Source of the DNA: Lama guanicoe
Taxonomy: Eukaryota
Assembly (NCBI GenBank): GCA_013239625.1
Contig: MU053652.1
Coordinates: 7,773,027 to 7,837,026 of the forward strand
Direction of reading: 5' to 3'
DNA length: 64,000 nucleotides
Of this stretch, positions 51,657-64,000 are shown piece by piece. Both the position numbers and the translations under genes were made by a program. Position 1 is the stretch's first letter, and every line of letters starts with the position of its first letter. Under the pieces are notes generated by a model. It was not told where the DNA came from, did not search any database, and worked only from the letters and a program-made list of their open reading frames with translations.

Positions 51657-51895
51657 ATTTTTAAAATATATTTTTATTGAAGTATAATCAGTTTCCAACG
51701 TTGCGTCAATTTCTGGTATACAGTACAGCACAATACTTCAGCCATATAGGAACACACATATATTGGTTTTCATATGCTTTTTCACCATAAGTTACTACAA
51801 GATATTGAATATGGTCCCCTGTGCTATACAGTATAAACTTGTTTGTCTATTTTATATTTATTAGTTAGTGTCTGCAAATCTTGAACTTTCAATTT
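51657..51895 (-). mobile_element. L1 3'-end fragment
   Basis: 'tttttattgaagtataatcagttt...gtgctatacagtataaacttg...ctgcaaatcttgaact'. Confidence 0.88.
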
Positions 51896-53789
51896 AATGT
51901 ATCCCAGTTTTAATGTATCTAAATTATACCCACACCCTGGGAATCATGCTTTCATATGAAAAATAAAAAGCAAAATTCCAAGTGAGCAGCAGGCCCCTAA
52001 TTTATTGCTCTGTAGCCTTTATATACTAATCACATGTGATAGGGTGTATATCCTTTCTGAAATACTTAGTTTATCATTTTAACTCAGAGGCTGACTTCTC
52101 CCTCCACTTGCAAATTACAGTAAATCTAAGCTGAGTTCTGAGCAAACTTTTCAAATAAGAGACCAGCATAATATCCCCAAAGCAGAAAAATCCATGTGCA
52201 ACTTTCTTCTCCTATAGCAAAAATTTATGCATGTTTTCAGGAAAGAAAGGAGCTTTCAAGTGAGACATTTTTCCTAGAAAATTTCTTATTAAGCTATGAT
52301 ATTTTATAAGTAGTTTGGCCAGAAATGGACATGGTGATAAACCTGATTCAACAAGAGAAGTTAATACCATTTTGGGCGGCATTCCATCAACTCTTTTTTT
52401 CTTCCCCTTTCTCTTTAGTATTATTATTATCATTATTATTCCTCATTATTGGTTCTTTCTCCTACTCTGTCTTAACTTTGTCAGTATCTCCCCCTGGTAA
52501 ATTTTGCACAGGCTGGAGATTCTCAAGGCTAAAGAAATTGCTAATCCTTAATCTGTGTATCTCCTTCCAAGCACAATTAAATGCCAAATGACCTCCTCCC
52601 AAAGCCAAAGATGTAGTCTTAAAGACATGGCATGTTACAGAACTTCTCTCTCTTTTTTTTTTTCCCCACAGAGAGACATATCTCATTTTCCCTATCAGGC
52701 TATGCAGTAGAAATTTAAAAAGACAACTTACTTTTGAAACAAAATTTGAGTTTTCCTCTAAGAAGTCAGTAGGTTTGTCCCAGACCATCTAATAACTCTA
52801 CAGTATTTAACCTGTTGGGTGAGAGAAGACAGCTCTTTGCCCGGTCAATTAAAGATAGACTTAATTTTTTTGAAGCGTAATTGTGTGACTAGGGGAAAGG
52901 GAACTTTTGTGTGTGTGCCTGTGGGGGTATGTGTGTGTGTGTTTGAATATGTGTGTTTGAATCTCAGCAGATTGAAGTGCCTCCTAACAGAAAAGATTAA
53001 CAAGCTTGGTAAATTAACATAAGAATCTTATACATTGCTTATTAGCATTTGAAATGAGTTTAAGAACAATGATAAAACACATGCTCGTTGCAGTTGTTTT
53101 GATTGTTAAGCATTCTGTTAAATTAATGACAGATTTCTGTAGTGTAATGTATAGAAAGAACTTAAAGGCATCAATTTCAAGGAATTACGGCATTCACTGT
53201 AAAAGTAGTCTCTCCTTAAGAAATTAATGAAATGAATTAGAATTGATATTTAATATTTTCAAAAAGATATTTAAGGTGGGAAGAGAGAGAGGAGGGGAGG
53301 AAAAAAAGAGCCAAATAAATAACAAAGTTCCTCAAGAGAAGTTCCAAACATCTAATTTTATTTAATTGTGATAGTGGAACACAGATATAATTTATATATG
53401 CTCATTTTTGCAATAGAAGTTTGTCCTGTTGTGCCAAGACATAATTAAGAAGTAATACATCTAAGAAGCTAGAAAACCACAGGATGATTAAACATGAATT
53501 CTAAATATTGAAACCTTAAGTTATATTGATATATTGGAAAACATGTAGGATTAGGTTATTGTTCAATTTTCCAAGCCACTTAATTGAGACTCAATACACA
53601 CAAGAGTTAATAGTTAAGTAAAAGAATGAACTTGACATACTTTGAATTTCAGTAAACTCAAAATATGGCCAATGGTGACTTTTAAATAAAGATGTTCAAA
53701 CAAGAACCAAAACATATTGTCCAGAAGCCACAAAACCATCAAAGAAAAACTAGAACAGGACAGTAGTTAAAGCAGTAAAAACAAATTTT

Positions 53790-54223
53790 ATGAAGAAAAA
53801 CTGTTGCAGTAGGGAAGACTCCTCAGAACAGAAATGGACTCAATTCTGAATACAAGGAGGAAGAGTGGGGATTTATAGCCAAGGAGCAAAGGGACAGGGG
53901 TGGTCAGTGGGTAGAAAAATTACTAAGAAGAAACATCAGGGGTAAAGGGAGGGTCTGGCTAAACTCACCAGGCCAGATCCTTGCTGAATACAAGCCAGGT
54001 GATCAGACAGACATCACCTGGGGGAAGGTGGAGGATGAGGAACCTGGTTACATATGCCGGGGGATCAGGCATGTTGGATGGGGAACTCCTAGTAAAGTGA
54101 CTTTACAGGATTCTTGGTAGAATTGGACTCGGTAGGAAAGGCTACAGAAGTCCAGGGTTTGGGACCTAGGCAACAGGAGAGCTCAGTGGACCTAATGAGT
54201 ATGGTCCAGTAGAGAATCTGTCA
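53790..54223 (-). mobile_element. Old ERV1 LTR (MER31-like)
   Basis: 'ctcaattctgaataca...ggggatttatagccaaggagc...attactaaga...agagaatctgtca'. Confidence 0.55.
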
Positions 54224-54701
54224 GTCCCCAATCTTGTGCATGCTATTGAGTTAACCATTTAATGAAATAAATGACCTTGATCTTCTTTGAATTTCAGTAA
54301 ACTGAAAATTGTGGCTTATGGTAACACTTTAAAATGAAGATGGTCAAACAAAAAACCAAAGTGTAGCATCCAGAAGCCAGAGTTCAAACATTACTCAGAA
54401 GACAAATATGTCTTCTACAACCAAGCATGAAGCACTGACACACCCAGATACGACTGAAACAGAGTAATCGAAAAACTGCGTAAAGTCTTGAAGAGTCAAT
54501 TCTAGAGGCTAATTAAAAACACAATAGCTTTGCTAGGGATGCTTCCTGCAGTGCCACCTGTCAGACCCCAGGCTGAACTTGGCGATGCCTCACTTGCCAT
54601 CAACCCAGCATTCCACTGCCATAATTCTGGGACCAATCCTGGTTCTTCTGTGGTTACGGTGACTCAGCTGCCTGGCACAAAAAGGCAAAGGGGCTTAGTA
54701 C

Positions 54702-55232
54702 TGTTGGAGCTTAGGGCAGGCAGGCTGTCCCAAAATATGCCAAAGTGGCATTGGATTATTTCAAATTAAAGTTCCTTGAAAAGTAGCCCATACAAAAAGG
54801 ACACTTTGACTCTTCTTTGTCTCCCTGAATACAGGAAATAAATCTCCCCTGTGAAGGGTACACTTCCTGCACCAGGAGGCTAATAGAGACATCCTTATCA
54901 CCAGAGATAAATTGCTCAGGGCTGAGAAGCCCACATAAACAAACTTTGTTCCTGCTTTAATAATTTACTACCCAAGCCTAACTTTACTAATTAAGCTCTC
55001 AAACCCAAGCCTCTTTGTTCTCTCAAATGCTCACAAATTTATTGTTTATGTAATGAGATATAAAAGCTGCCTGCTTTTGATCACTCCCTGAGCATCCTTT
55101 TATGATCTCTCATGCACATGATATTAAATTAGTTGTCCTCCTGTTAATCTGTCTTGTGCTGATTTTATTGTTGGTCCAGCCACAAGAACTCAAGAAGGGA
55201 GGGTAGAGAGGGATATTTCCCCCTCCCTGACA
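54702..55232 (+). mobile_element. MER34-like ERV1 solo LTR with TSD GTAC
   Basis: TGTTGG...CTGACA ends. GTAC at 54698-54701 and 55233-55236. tataaaa and attaaa present. Confidence 0.85.
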
Positions 55233-56817
55233 GTACTATTCAAGTCAAAGTTTAAGAAGAATAACGAACACCTGCATTATTACTGGTGCCTTGCACCATG
55301 AAATTCACAAAAGTAGAGTAGCCATAACATGGGCTATGAATTGGTCTTCTATTAGCAGTATTAACTTTTGTTTCTCTTTGCTCGACCAGTCAGATGAGTT
55401 TTGGGTTTTTTCTCTGAATTGTCAAAGTCCTAGTTACTAAAGCTTCTACATATGGGATTATGTCAATGATCTAAATGGCCACTGTAGCCTAAAATAAACA
55501 AAACACCTATGTATTCATAAATTTCCTTTGTCCAAAGACAATAGGGACCCAATGTCATTAAACGCATCTGAGCACCTTCATTAAGACTGCACATCAATGC
55601 CACTGAAGACAAAGATGAGCTCAGCTTCAAAACACAGTACAGCAGGTATTTTCCTCTTATCTAAGAGATCTGAAGCCTATAGAGATAACCAGGCTTCTAA
55701 ATGGAGCACTTCGGAGGCAGACTGAATTTTTAACTTAGGACAGAGGACTGATTCAAAAATCTTGTCAGAGTTTTAAGTGATGTAATAGTTATCACCCTAA
55801 AATGCCATGTTCTGCAGTCTACCTTACGAATGCACATTTTGTGAACGCAAAACTGTGACTGAAGACTCCAGCAACCAAGTGTCTTCTTAGCGGGGATGTG
55901 TGGCAGTTCAGTCTAGGCCAGCTTTTCATCCAGGCTGTAAAGAAAAATAAAACTCAAATTTTTCATTATCCACAAAAGTTCCTTTGAGGGAGAAGGGCTT
56001 GGGGTTACAGATTCTTATGGACAAAATGAATTCCACCTGGGAACTGCATACATCTCAGTCCAGAGGGATCCTGCTTTGCACCTCTTGTGTTAATCTCTTT
56101 GCCTTAGATTTTTAAAATGTCTCTTCTGAGCCTAGAGGTATATCTCTCTCTGACTGTTTCCACTGCGGCCTTTCCAAATAGATCTGACTACTGAAGTGTT
56201 AATCTCTGATTGCCACCAAGGCTATTTCAAATGATTCAAAGGCTGTCATAAAAAGCGTACTTATTTCTTAGCCCCCGTCACAGTTTATGTTCAAATTTGA
56301 AATAAGTCTGTCTCCCTCACTAGACTGTAAACTCTCTCTTGAGTTCCAGTTTCCCACTGCTGGGCCTGGTACAGAGTAGAGGGTCCACATGTACTTCATT
56401 GAGTAGGTGAATGGGTGAATCTATTAATTAATCCTCTTATCAAAATACTTTTTTCCTTTTCCCCAGCTTCACTCAGTTTTAATCTCCTACCCTTCTCCCA
56501 AGTTACAAGTTATCTGCTGGATAAAACCCATTTATCACATCTTAAGCATTAACACGATAAAGAGTTGAAGGGGTGACAATTATCCTTAAGTAAGAAGAGC
56601 TTTGTTTTATCTTACTTTGTTATATGAAAGTAAAAGGTATCTTAGAGGTTACAATTAGCAGGGAGTTTAATCTTACTCTCTCAGAACTGCCCCCACTGCC
56701 ACCATTCTCTCTAGTTCATGATATGATACAGTCCAAGATGCAGGTATGGTATATATGCCACAGAGCAGCAGTGGAAATGTTTACTGGTGTTTCCCTTTAC
56801 AATGACTTTTTTCTTTC

Positions 56818-57270
56818 CTTTTTTTTTCTTTTGGTGTATATATTTTTATTGAAGTATAGTCAGTTTACAATGTTGTGTCAACTTCTGGTGCACAGCACAG
56901 TGCTTCAGTCATACATAAACATACATATATTCGTTTTCATACTCTCCTTCACCATAAGTTACTATAAGATATTGAATATAGTTCCTTGTGCTATACAGTA
57001 TTAATTTGTTGTTTGTCTATTTTATATATGGTAATTAGTATCTGCAAATCTCGAACTCCCAACTTATCCCTTCCCATTCCCTTCCCTCCCTGGTAACCAT
57101 AAGTTTGTTTTCTATGTCTGTGAGTCTGAATCAAGAAGAAATAGATCATTTGAACAGACCAATCCCTAGAAGTGAAATAGAATCAGCAATAAAAAACCTC
57201 CCTGCAAACAAAAGCCCAGGACCAGATGGCTTCACTGGGGAATTCTATCACACATGCAAAGAAGAGCTCT
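56818..57270. mobile_element. 5'-inverted LINE-1: 3' UTR on - strand joined to an ORF2 fragment on + strand
   Basis: ~56818-57125 is a reverse L1 3' end. ~57126-57268 encodes [48 protein letters not shown]. Confidence 0.85.
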
Positions 57271-58799
57271 CCTCTTCTTACATTTACTTTTAACTTTTTT
57301 CTTTCTGTTTTAACTGAGTCTTTCATTCACCAATGGGACCTTAAGGCTGGTAACTTTGGGGCTTAAGGAGATTCAGAAAAGGATTAAGGCTTTATTTCTG
57401 TTTTTAGCTTTTTTATGCAGTGATTTGATGATTCAAATTATTCAATTTTTAGGCATCACTCAACTCTTTGAAAATACATTGGTAATACCTAGATCAGTCT
57501 AACTCCCAGGGATGCTGGGATGATGTGTGAAAGGATATCTATGAAGTATTTTTCACAAGAAGCTCTGAAAATCCAAAGTGCAGTGTTATCTCCCCTGGAC
57601 TACCTGTATTACATCTTGCTTATATTTGTTCATTTGCATTTACCCCAAACTATAAGAAAGATGGTTGTCATAAGGTGTAAATAGAATTGGCTTTGACCTA
57701 TAGGAGGCCCAAAGAGCCAATATAGGTAATTAGATTAGGGGTATCTCTAGAAAAATTTAGGAATTCTGAATTCTTAGTCCAAGAAACCCAAAGAAATGTT
57801 TATCATGGATAGTGACATTCTTAGACAACACAGAGAACTTTGTGGGGAGGAGATGGGGATAACAGCGGTGATCAAAGTCTCCTCTAAAGATTGTGGCCAG
57901 TGAGAAAGGAAAGATGGACGGAGGAAGAGTCATCCTAGCAAAATTCACTTCAAGGTGTAGAAACTCAGTAAAGGTTGCATTTACAATTAAATAGTCCTTT
58001 TATCTCCACTTACGGATTGAGAAGCTGGGTGTTTTGCCTCAACAAAGACCACACGCTGCCAGTTGAAGGAAATGGAAGAGCTCAGTCAACCCTTCCACAA
58101 GAGACAGTGGCTAGTCCTTCAACACTGAGGTGGTCTCTGGCCAAGATCTAATCACAAAGAGCATTTCAGAGCAAAAACTAAATCACCTAAGTAGACCTAT
58201 GCATTTTAGGCACAAATTGAGGGTAGTTGTGAACACGATTATCCAAGAAAGTGATGTTGAGTTGGCTTAGTCCTAGCATTTTTTTTTCCAAATTGCAGGT
58301 CACAAACTGTTAGTGGGTCACAACACTGATTTAATTGGTTGTAATGCACATTAAAAAAAAATAAGTGAAATAGATTATAACAGAGTGAAATAGGATCAGA
58401 TTAAATAGAATAGGGTAGAATAGGAAACACAGACGGTCACCCCATGTAGTTAGGGTGAGTATCATTTTACGAACTTTTCCCATCAGTTATATGTTTACAC
58501 ATGTGTGCAATGGGTCACAATGTCAACTACATTTTTTACTGTGGAATGGATCAAACCACTTTGATACTCAAAAACTCTGAGTCTGACACACCTGGGTTTT
58601 GAATCCTAAGAGTAGCCACTTTCTAATTAAGTGGCCTTGGGTAAATTATTAAATCTCTTTCATCTCTTCAGCAACCACAACAGAATTCTGAGCTGTCTTG
58701 GGACTCCTTAAAGAAATGTCTGTAAATGTCTAAACTACTGGACTAAGCAACTCAGTTTTCTACGTGAGAACCAGCAGGCCTGGAATCTGCTTCTCAACT

Positions 58800-58986
58800 T
58801 GGTAGCAGTGTGTGGCCTTGCCCAAACTATTTAACTTCGTTGCACTTTAGTTTTGTTTTCCTTTTCTTTCCTTTTCTTTTTTTTTTTTCTCAGTTAAAAT
58901 ATGTGGATATTAAGAGCAACTATCTCATAGATCTGTTGTGAAATTTTAGTGAAATAATGTGCAAAAATCACTCAGCACGATGCCTG
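58800..58986 (+). mobile_element. MIR fragment split by the LTR at 58987
   Basis: 'ctatctcatagatctgttgtgaaa...ctcagcacgatgcctg' resumes as 'acacatggtaag' after 59842. Confidence 0.6.
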
Positions 58987-59838
58987 TGAAGAGGTTCAGA
59001 ACATTCCACCCCCAAATGTGCTACTTGAGCATAGTATTTGGATTATTTTGAGCTGAAGGTGATTGAGCTACATAAATGAGAAGGGCTCTCTGACCTCCTG
59101 CTTTCTGCCTGAAGCAGGACAGACCATTTCTCATGGGAAAGGTGTACTCCCGGTACCAGGAAGCAGGGAATGTCTTATCACCAGAGACTGGGAGTTGACA
59201 CCAAAGTGGATCTGCATGAATAAACCTATGAAAACGACCCTTTTCTTCCAGGAGCTTCCTTCATATACTTCCCAGTCACAATTTACTGCTCCTGAAGCTG
59301 AAACCCTGTTTCCTTGTCTTGTCATTCCTTCACATTTTATCATTATTTGTTAAAAAGATATATAAGCTTTTGGTCCTAACTACTTCTTTAGGTCTCCCTT
59401 TTCCCTGTGAAGGCTTGCATGCACATGTAAAAATACTAAATAATGCTTGAGACTCACAGACATAGAAAACAAACTGATGGTTACCAAAGGGGAAAGGGAG
59501 GGGAAGATGACTTAGGAGTTTGAGATTAGCAGATACAAACTACTGTATATAAAATAGGTAAATGACAAGGTCCTACTGTAGAGCACAGGGAACTAATGAC
59601 CTATAATGAAAAGGAATATGAAAAGGGTTTTTATAAATATGTATAACTGAATCACTCTGCTGTACACCAGAAATTAACACAGTATTGTAAATTAACTATA
59701 CTTCTATTAAAATTTTTTTTAAATTAAATAAAGTCGGTGTATTTTTCTCCTGTTAATCTGTCTTTTGCCATTTCAATTCACAGGCCCCCACTGCAGAATC
59801 TAAAAGGGTAAAGGAAAGTTTTTTTTCCTTCCTTTACA
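58987..59838 (+). mobile_element. MER34-like ERV1 solo LTR interrupted by an L1 fragment
   Basis: TGAAGAGG...TTTACA ends. TSD cctg/tctg with one mismatch. Confidence 0.78.
59445..59724 (+). mobile_element. L1 3'-end fragment inside LTR
   Basis: 'agactcacagacatagaaaacaaactgatggttaccaaaggggaaaggg...gtaaattaactatacttc'. Confidence 0.88.
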
Positions 59839-62466
59839 TCTGACACATGGTAAAGACCAAATAAACGTAAGTTGTTGCCACAGTTATTATTAATAATAGC
59901 ATCCCTTGCCTCTATCCTCTTCTGAATAAAAGGAAGGAGAAGCATGAGTAAAGGAGGCAAAACTCAAGACCATTTAATGAGCCATAGATCTGCTGGCATT
60001 AAAGCTTCCCTAGGAAACACCAAGAAAAAAAAAGATTTTTTAATCTAAATATGTGGTCCATGAAAGAATTGGTCTGGCAGAAATAAAATACCCAGCATAT
60101 TTATTCTGCAGTGGCGCCAGATCTGATGATGGTGCTGTGCCTTAGTCATGGCTCTTGTCCCCTCCCTGTGAGCCCCGAGAAGGAGCCTGCGTGGCACTCC
60201 ATGGATTATGACTCCATCAGGAGATTAGATGGACTCCAGCCTTAATGTGGGTTGCATTAATTTGGCTACCTCTTTGCATCCCGTGGAGAAGTCCACTAAG
60301 AAGACAACGTATTCAAGCTCAGACTTCAAACTGTCTTCCCTCATTCCGACTGAAATATTTTTTGACTCATCATGGGTGACTTCTTTTCAGTCTTTTAAAT
60401 TGGATTCATGGAATAAGCAAGTAGCATACGAGTAAGAGGCATTTAAAATAACTATTAACAAAACAAATTATTAATATAGAATCCAGATATTTTCACAGTG
60501 TTAGGGCATTATATATTATCTAGGCCAAACAGACTGATTCTGCTTCTATTTCACAAAAGAGAAGGAAGAACAATTACTAAAAATCAAAGAAGCAATAGTT
60601 AAGAATATTTCTCAGGATCAAACTTACTTTGGCTATTAGCAGGTTTATCAACATCTATAAGATAGGGGTAATCATTAATAACCATTATTATTGCTGTTAT
60701 CAAAATAAACAGTACACCTAGCATATCACATATGCACCAGAATGTATGACAGATGCTATCCAAGAGGAAAATGAACTCCCATGTCAACCTTCTGATGCCA
60801 TTATAAAGACGTGTGAACAGCCCTAGTTATTTCTGTCCCTCTACAGTGTTCCCTAAAAACCTGAGCATGTTTACCCTTGTGGATGAGCAGAACAGCAGTT
60901 CTGTGTCTCCTCACCAAGACCAGAGGGAAACAGGAGTGCCCTGTGATTCTCACCTGAGACAAGAGAACCAGGAACTGAGGGCCATTGTGACAGGTGCCTA
61001 ACAATCTGGCTAGTTTATGACAGGATGGGCGTGTCCTTGAGATTGACCAACAGGGAGAAGGCACAGGAAAGAAGGAACTCAGAGAGGACAGGGGAATCAG
61101 TAGTGGAAATATCCAGGAATATTCATTAGAATTGGGGGCTCTTCCGCTTCAGAAGTTTTGAAGAGTTTGAACCTGATGTGAGATCGGAGGAACTGACCAA
61201 ATCTGAATTTGGAGGATGGGGACAAGATCTTTATAAGACCTACTTTTTTTGCTAGAAAAACAAAAACAAAAAAGCCAGAACAGACAGATAACACGATAGC
61301 TTCAAAGCATTAAGGAGAAATTTCCAAGGCACATGCACACTTGTCAACATAATTATTAGGCAGTCTCCCAAGGTTGCATCTAATTAGTACTTTAGCTACT
61401 TAATGAATGTTTATGGCTTTGACAAAGAATATTGTTTTTGTTCAATTGTGTATGGCTTATTTGCTTCTAATTCTTAACATGCAATGGCTATAGTTTTAAA
61501 AATCCAAGATTTAAGTAATATTTATTGATGGCTTAACCTACTTTAACCAAATGCGCCATATTTATTATATTTTAAATGTTAACATGCATACAACAAGACT
61601 TTCATTAAAATGTCATTAAGAGACAGTGTTTACAGGAAAGCAAGTTCAGCCAAATCCCTAAAATCAGACAAGTAACAACTGATTATGAAGCCATCTAAGG
61701 ATTTTCAGTAAACAATTAATTATGGCATTTAAATGTCTCAGTAACACCCTGGGGTAAGAATTATCATTCTCATTTTGCACATGAAGAAATAAGCATTAGA
61801 GAAAACTAAATGACTTGTCCACCAACCCCAAGCTAGGAAACCCAGTTCTGGCTAATTCTGTGATGCTCTTGCTCTTCACAATGCCCTCTATGGGACAAGC
61901 CGCTGTCATAGCGATGAAAACAGGAAACAAATACAGGACATTTTCTTCAGAGGGAGACCGAATAGTTTAATTATCTAGTGTAGTATGTAGATGACGGGCA
62001 CTTTTCTGCTTGTGTAACTAACCATCAGACTTTGCTCTTAGAATCAACCTCACTTGAAAGAAAAGAATTAAAACTCAGTCTAAAGATCTTCAAAGGGGTG
62101 GATTTAGTTAGACCCGAGTGCAGTCCTCCTACCCCTAAGCCATCTGCCTGTTTTTGGTTTAGAAAACGTTCACAGAATGATCACCTCTTCTGTTCATTTT
62201 TTTGCACTCAACTGTTTTTGCGTATGCGCACTTACTCCAAATGATTAGAGGTGTTAGCATGGCAGTTCTGGTTTGTGTTTTGATTTGGTTTACTCCGTTT
62301 TGATCAGGAAAACAGCAATACTGTCTAGTTAGAATAAGATGTCCTTTAAGAAACTAACACTTTACCTAAGGTGGAGGTAAGTTTGAATTATTTGTAGAGT
62401 TCTTTCACTTCCTGGTTAATGTGTATGACCTTTCAACTTTGCCAACAGTGATTAATTGAAGAGATG

Positions 62467-62498
62467 ATATAGATATAGATATAGATATAGATATATAG
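62467..62498. repeat. (GATATA)n hexamer repeat
   Basis: Visible repeat. Confidence 0.9.
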
Positions 62499-63302
62499 TC
62501 TGAAGTTACGTATTGAAGCCTCACTATATAACTTTCTCAGAAAAATCCAGTGGAGAATGGATGAAGTCTGGGCCCATCAGTACTGAGCCTACACGTTTCT
62601 GTGCTCTACAGCACACCGAGGAAACAGGACAAAACGCGCTAGCCTGAGTCCAGCCTCAGCCACAAATCTGAGACGAGTTACATAGTCACTAACATTTTAA
62701 TTTTTCTTTCTTTCTTTCCCTCTCTCTCCCTTCCCTCTCTCTCTCTTTAACACTCTATACATAGTAACACATTTAATCCTGATAATAACCCCAAGAAGTA
62801 GGTAAAAGTATTGTCCCTATTTTACAGATACCGCACAATTCCTTTTTTACTTCAGGCCAAGCAAATTTCAGTTGAATCCCTCGGATTCAGATTTCAGAAC
62901 CATATGTACTTCATTGGCAAAGTCCAGGAGGGCCTTAGTGCAGTGGTTGAGGTGAGGAAAAGAAACCAGTTGCACTGAGGCCCATGGGTTCTTCAGCTCA
63001 AGAGATCCACTTCATTAAAAGTTTGTCTTGGGTGATGTGTGAGTTGTTTATGGTGATCTTCCAACACTTAGAACAAAAATCTTTAAACTGGAGGAAGAAA
63101 ACTCTAGAAACTGCCCAGAGAGGTGTTACTGGAACCGAAGTTCCAAACCAGAGCTTTGCCTAAAATGAGGCTGTGGGCAGGAGTGAGAATTTTATACATT
63201 GCAGGGGGATATCGAGATGTTCTGGAGTCACTGGGGCATCTCAGATTATACCATTGGGGCCGACTGCTTGATTTATTGATTAAACCATCTTAAATGGAGC
63301 AT

Positions 63303-63478
63303 TTAGATAAACAACAAGTTTATACTGCACAGCACAGGGAACTATATTCAATATCTTATAGCAACCTATAATAAAAAATATGAAAAGGAATATATGTATG
63401 TATATGTATGACTGACACATTATGCTGTACACCAGAAATTGACACAACACTGTAAACTGACTATACTTCAATAAAAAA
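63303..63478 (+). mobile_element. L1 3'-end fragment
   Basis: 'agataaacaacaagtttatactgcacagcacagggaactatattcaa...gactatacttcaataaaaaa'. Confidence 0.88.
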
Positions 63479-63624
63479 TTTTTTTTCTAATGGAGTACTT
63501 ATTACATACACCAGCATGAAAGATATCACACAGAACAGGTTCTGCTCCCATGGAGTTTGCATTGTAGTAGGAGGAAACAGATGATAAGAAAATCAATTTA
63601 AAAAAACTTCCAAGTGATAAATTT

Positions 63625-63935
63625 TGTCTTCATCCTTTTGGGCTGCTATAACAAAACATCACAGACTGGGTAGTTCATAAAGAACAGAAATTTATTTCTC
63701 ACAGCTCCGCAGGCTGGGAAGTCTAAGAGCAAGGTGCCAGTATGGTCAGGTGAGGGCGCTATTCCGGGTTGCAGACTTCTCTCTGTCCTCACGTGGTGAA
63801 AGGGGGTCTCTTCTATAAAGGCACCAGTCTCTCATGAACTAAACCCCTCCCAGAGGCCCCACATCCTAATACCATCACAACAGTCATTGGGATTTCAACA
63901 TACGAATTTTGAGGGTATACACAATGTTCAGAGTG
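63625..63935. mobile_element. MLT1A-like MaLR LTR
   Basis: 'tgtcttcatccttttgggctgctataacaaaac...aacagaaatttatttctcacag...atttcaacatacgaatttt'. Confidence 0.82.
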
Positions 63936-64000
63936 TAAACAAATGCTATTACAGAATTTTTAAAGAATGAGGAAGAGAGTAATCAGGGTTGAGAAAGCAA

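Overview
Mammalian genomic DNA. It is most likely a camelid (camel, alpaca or llama), inferred from tRNA-Ala-derived Vic-1-type SINEs and the accompanying L1 3' ends. The window holds the 3' end of TMEM229A (+ strand, CDS runs off the left edge and stops at 328) and the three coding exons of the sperm hyaluronidase SPAM1/PH-20 (- strand, 46741-45788, 45324-45235, 40798-40406, 478 aa). The two genes converge, as in the human HYAL4-SPAM1-TMEM229A region. The rest is repeat-rich intergenic or intronic DNA: L1, SINE, MIR/L2, MaLR, ERV solo LTRs and hAT elements. Most notable: SPAM1 has an intact catalytic domain but ends at an in-frame TAA (40406-40408). Its 3' UTR still carries a decayed coding tail with a second stop and two apparent 1-nt frameshifts. 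Repairing these gives a Cys-containing extension ending in a GPI-anchor-like signal, which predicts a naturally truncated, anchorless PH-20. Other signals: two TSD-flanked tailless 5'-half tRNA-Gly(TCC) retrocopies, three insertions (L1, SINE, LTR) stacked on one 13-bp target, an ERV LTR inside a SINE, a 5'-inverted L1, and a CpG-rich intergenic patch. All ortholog comparisons and repeat family names are from memory and need checking.
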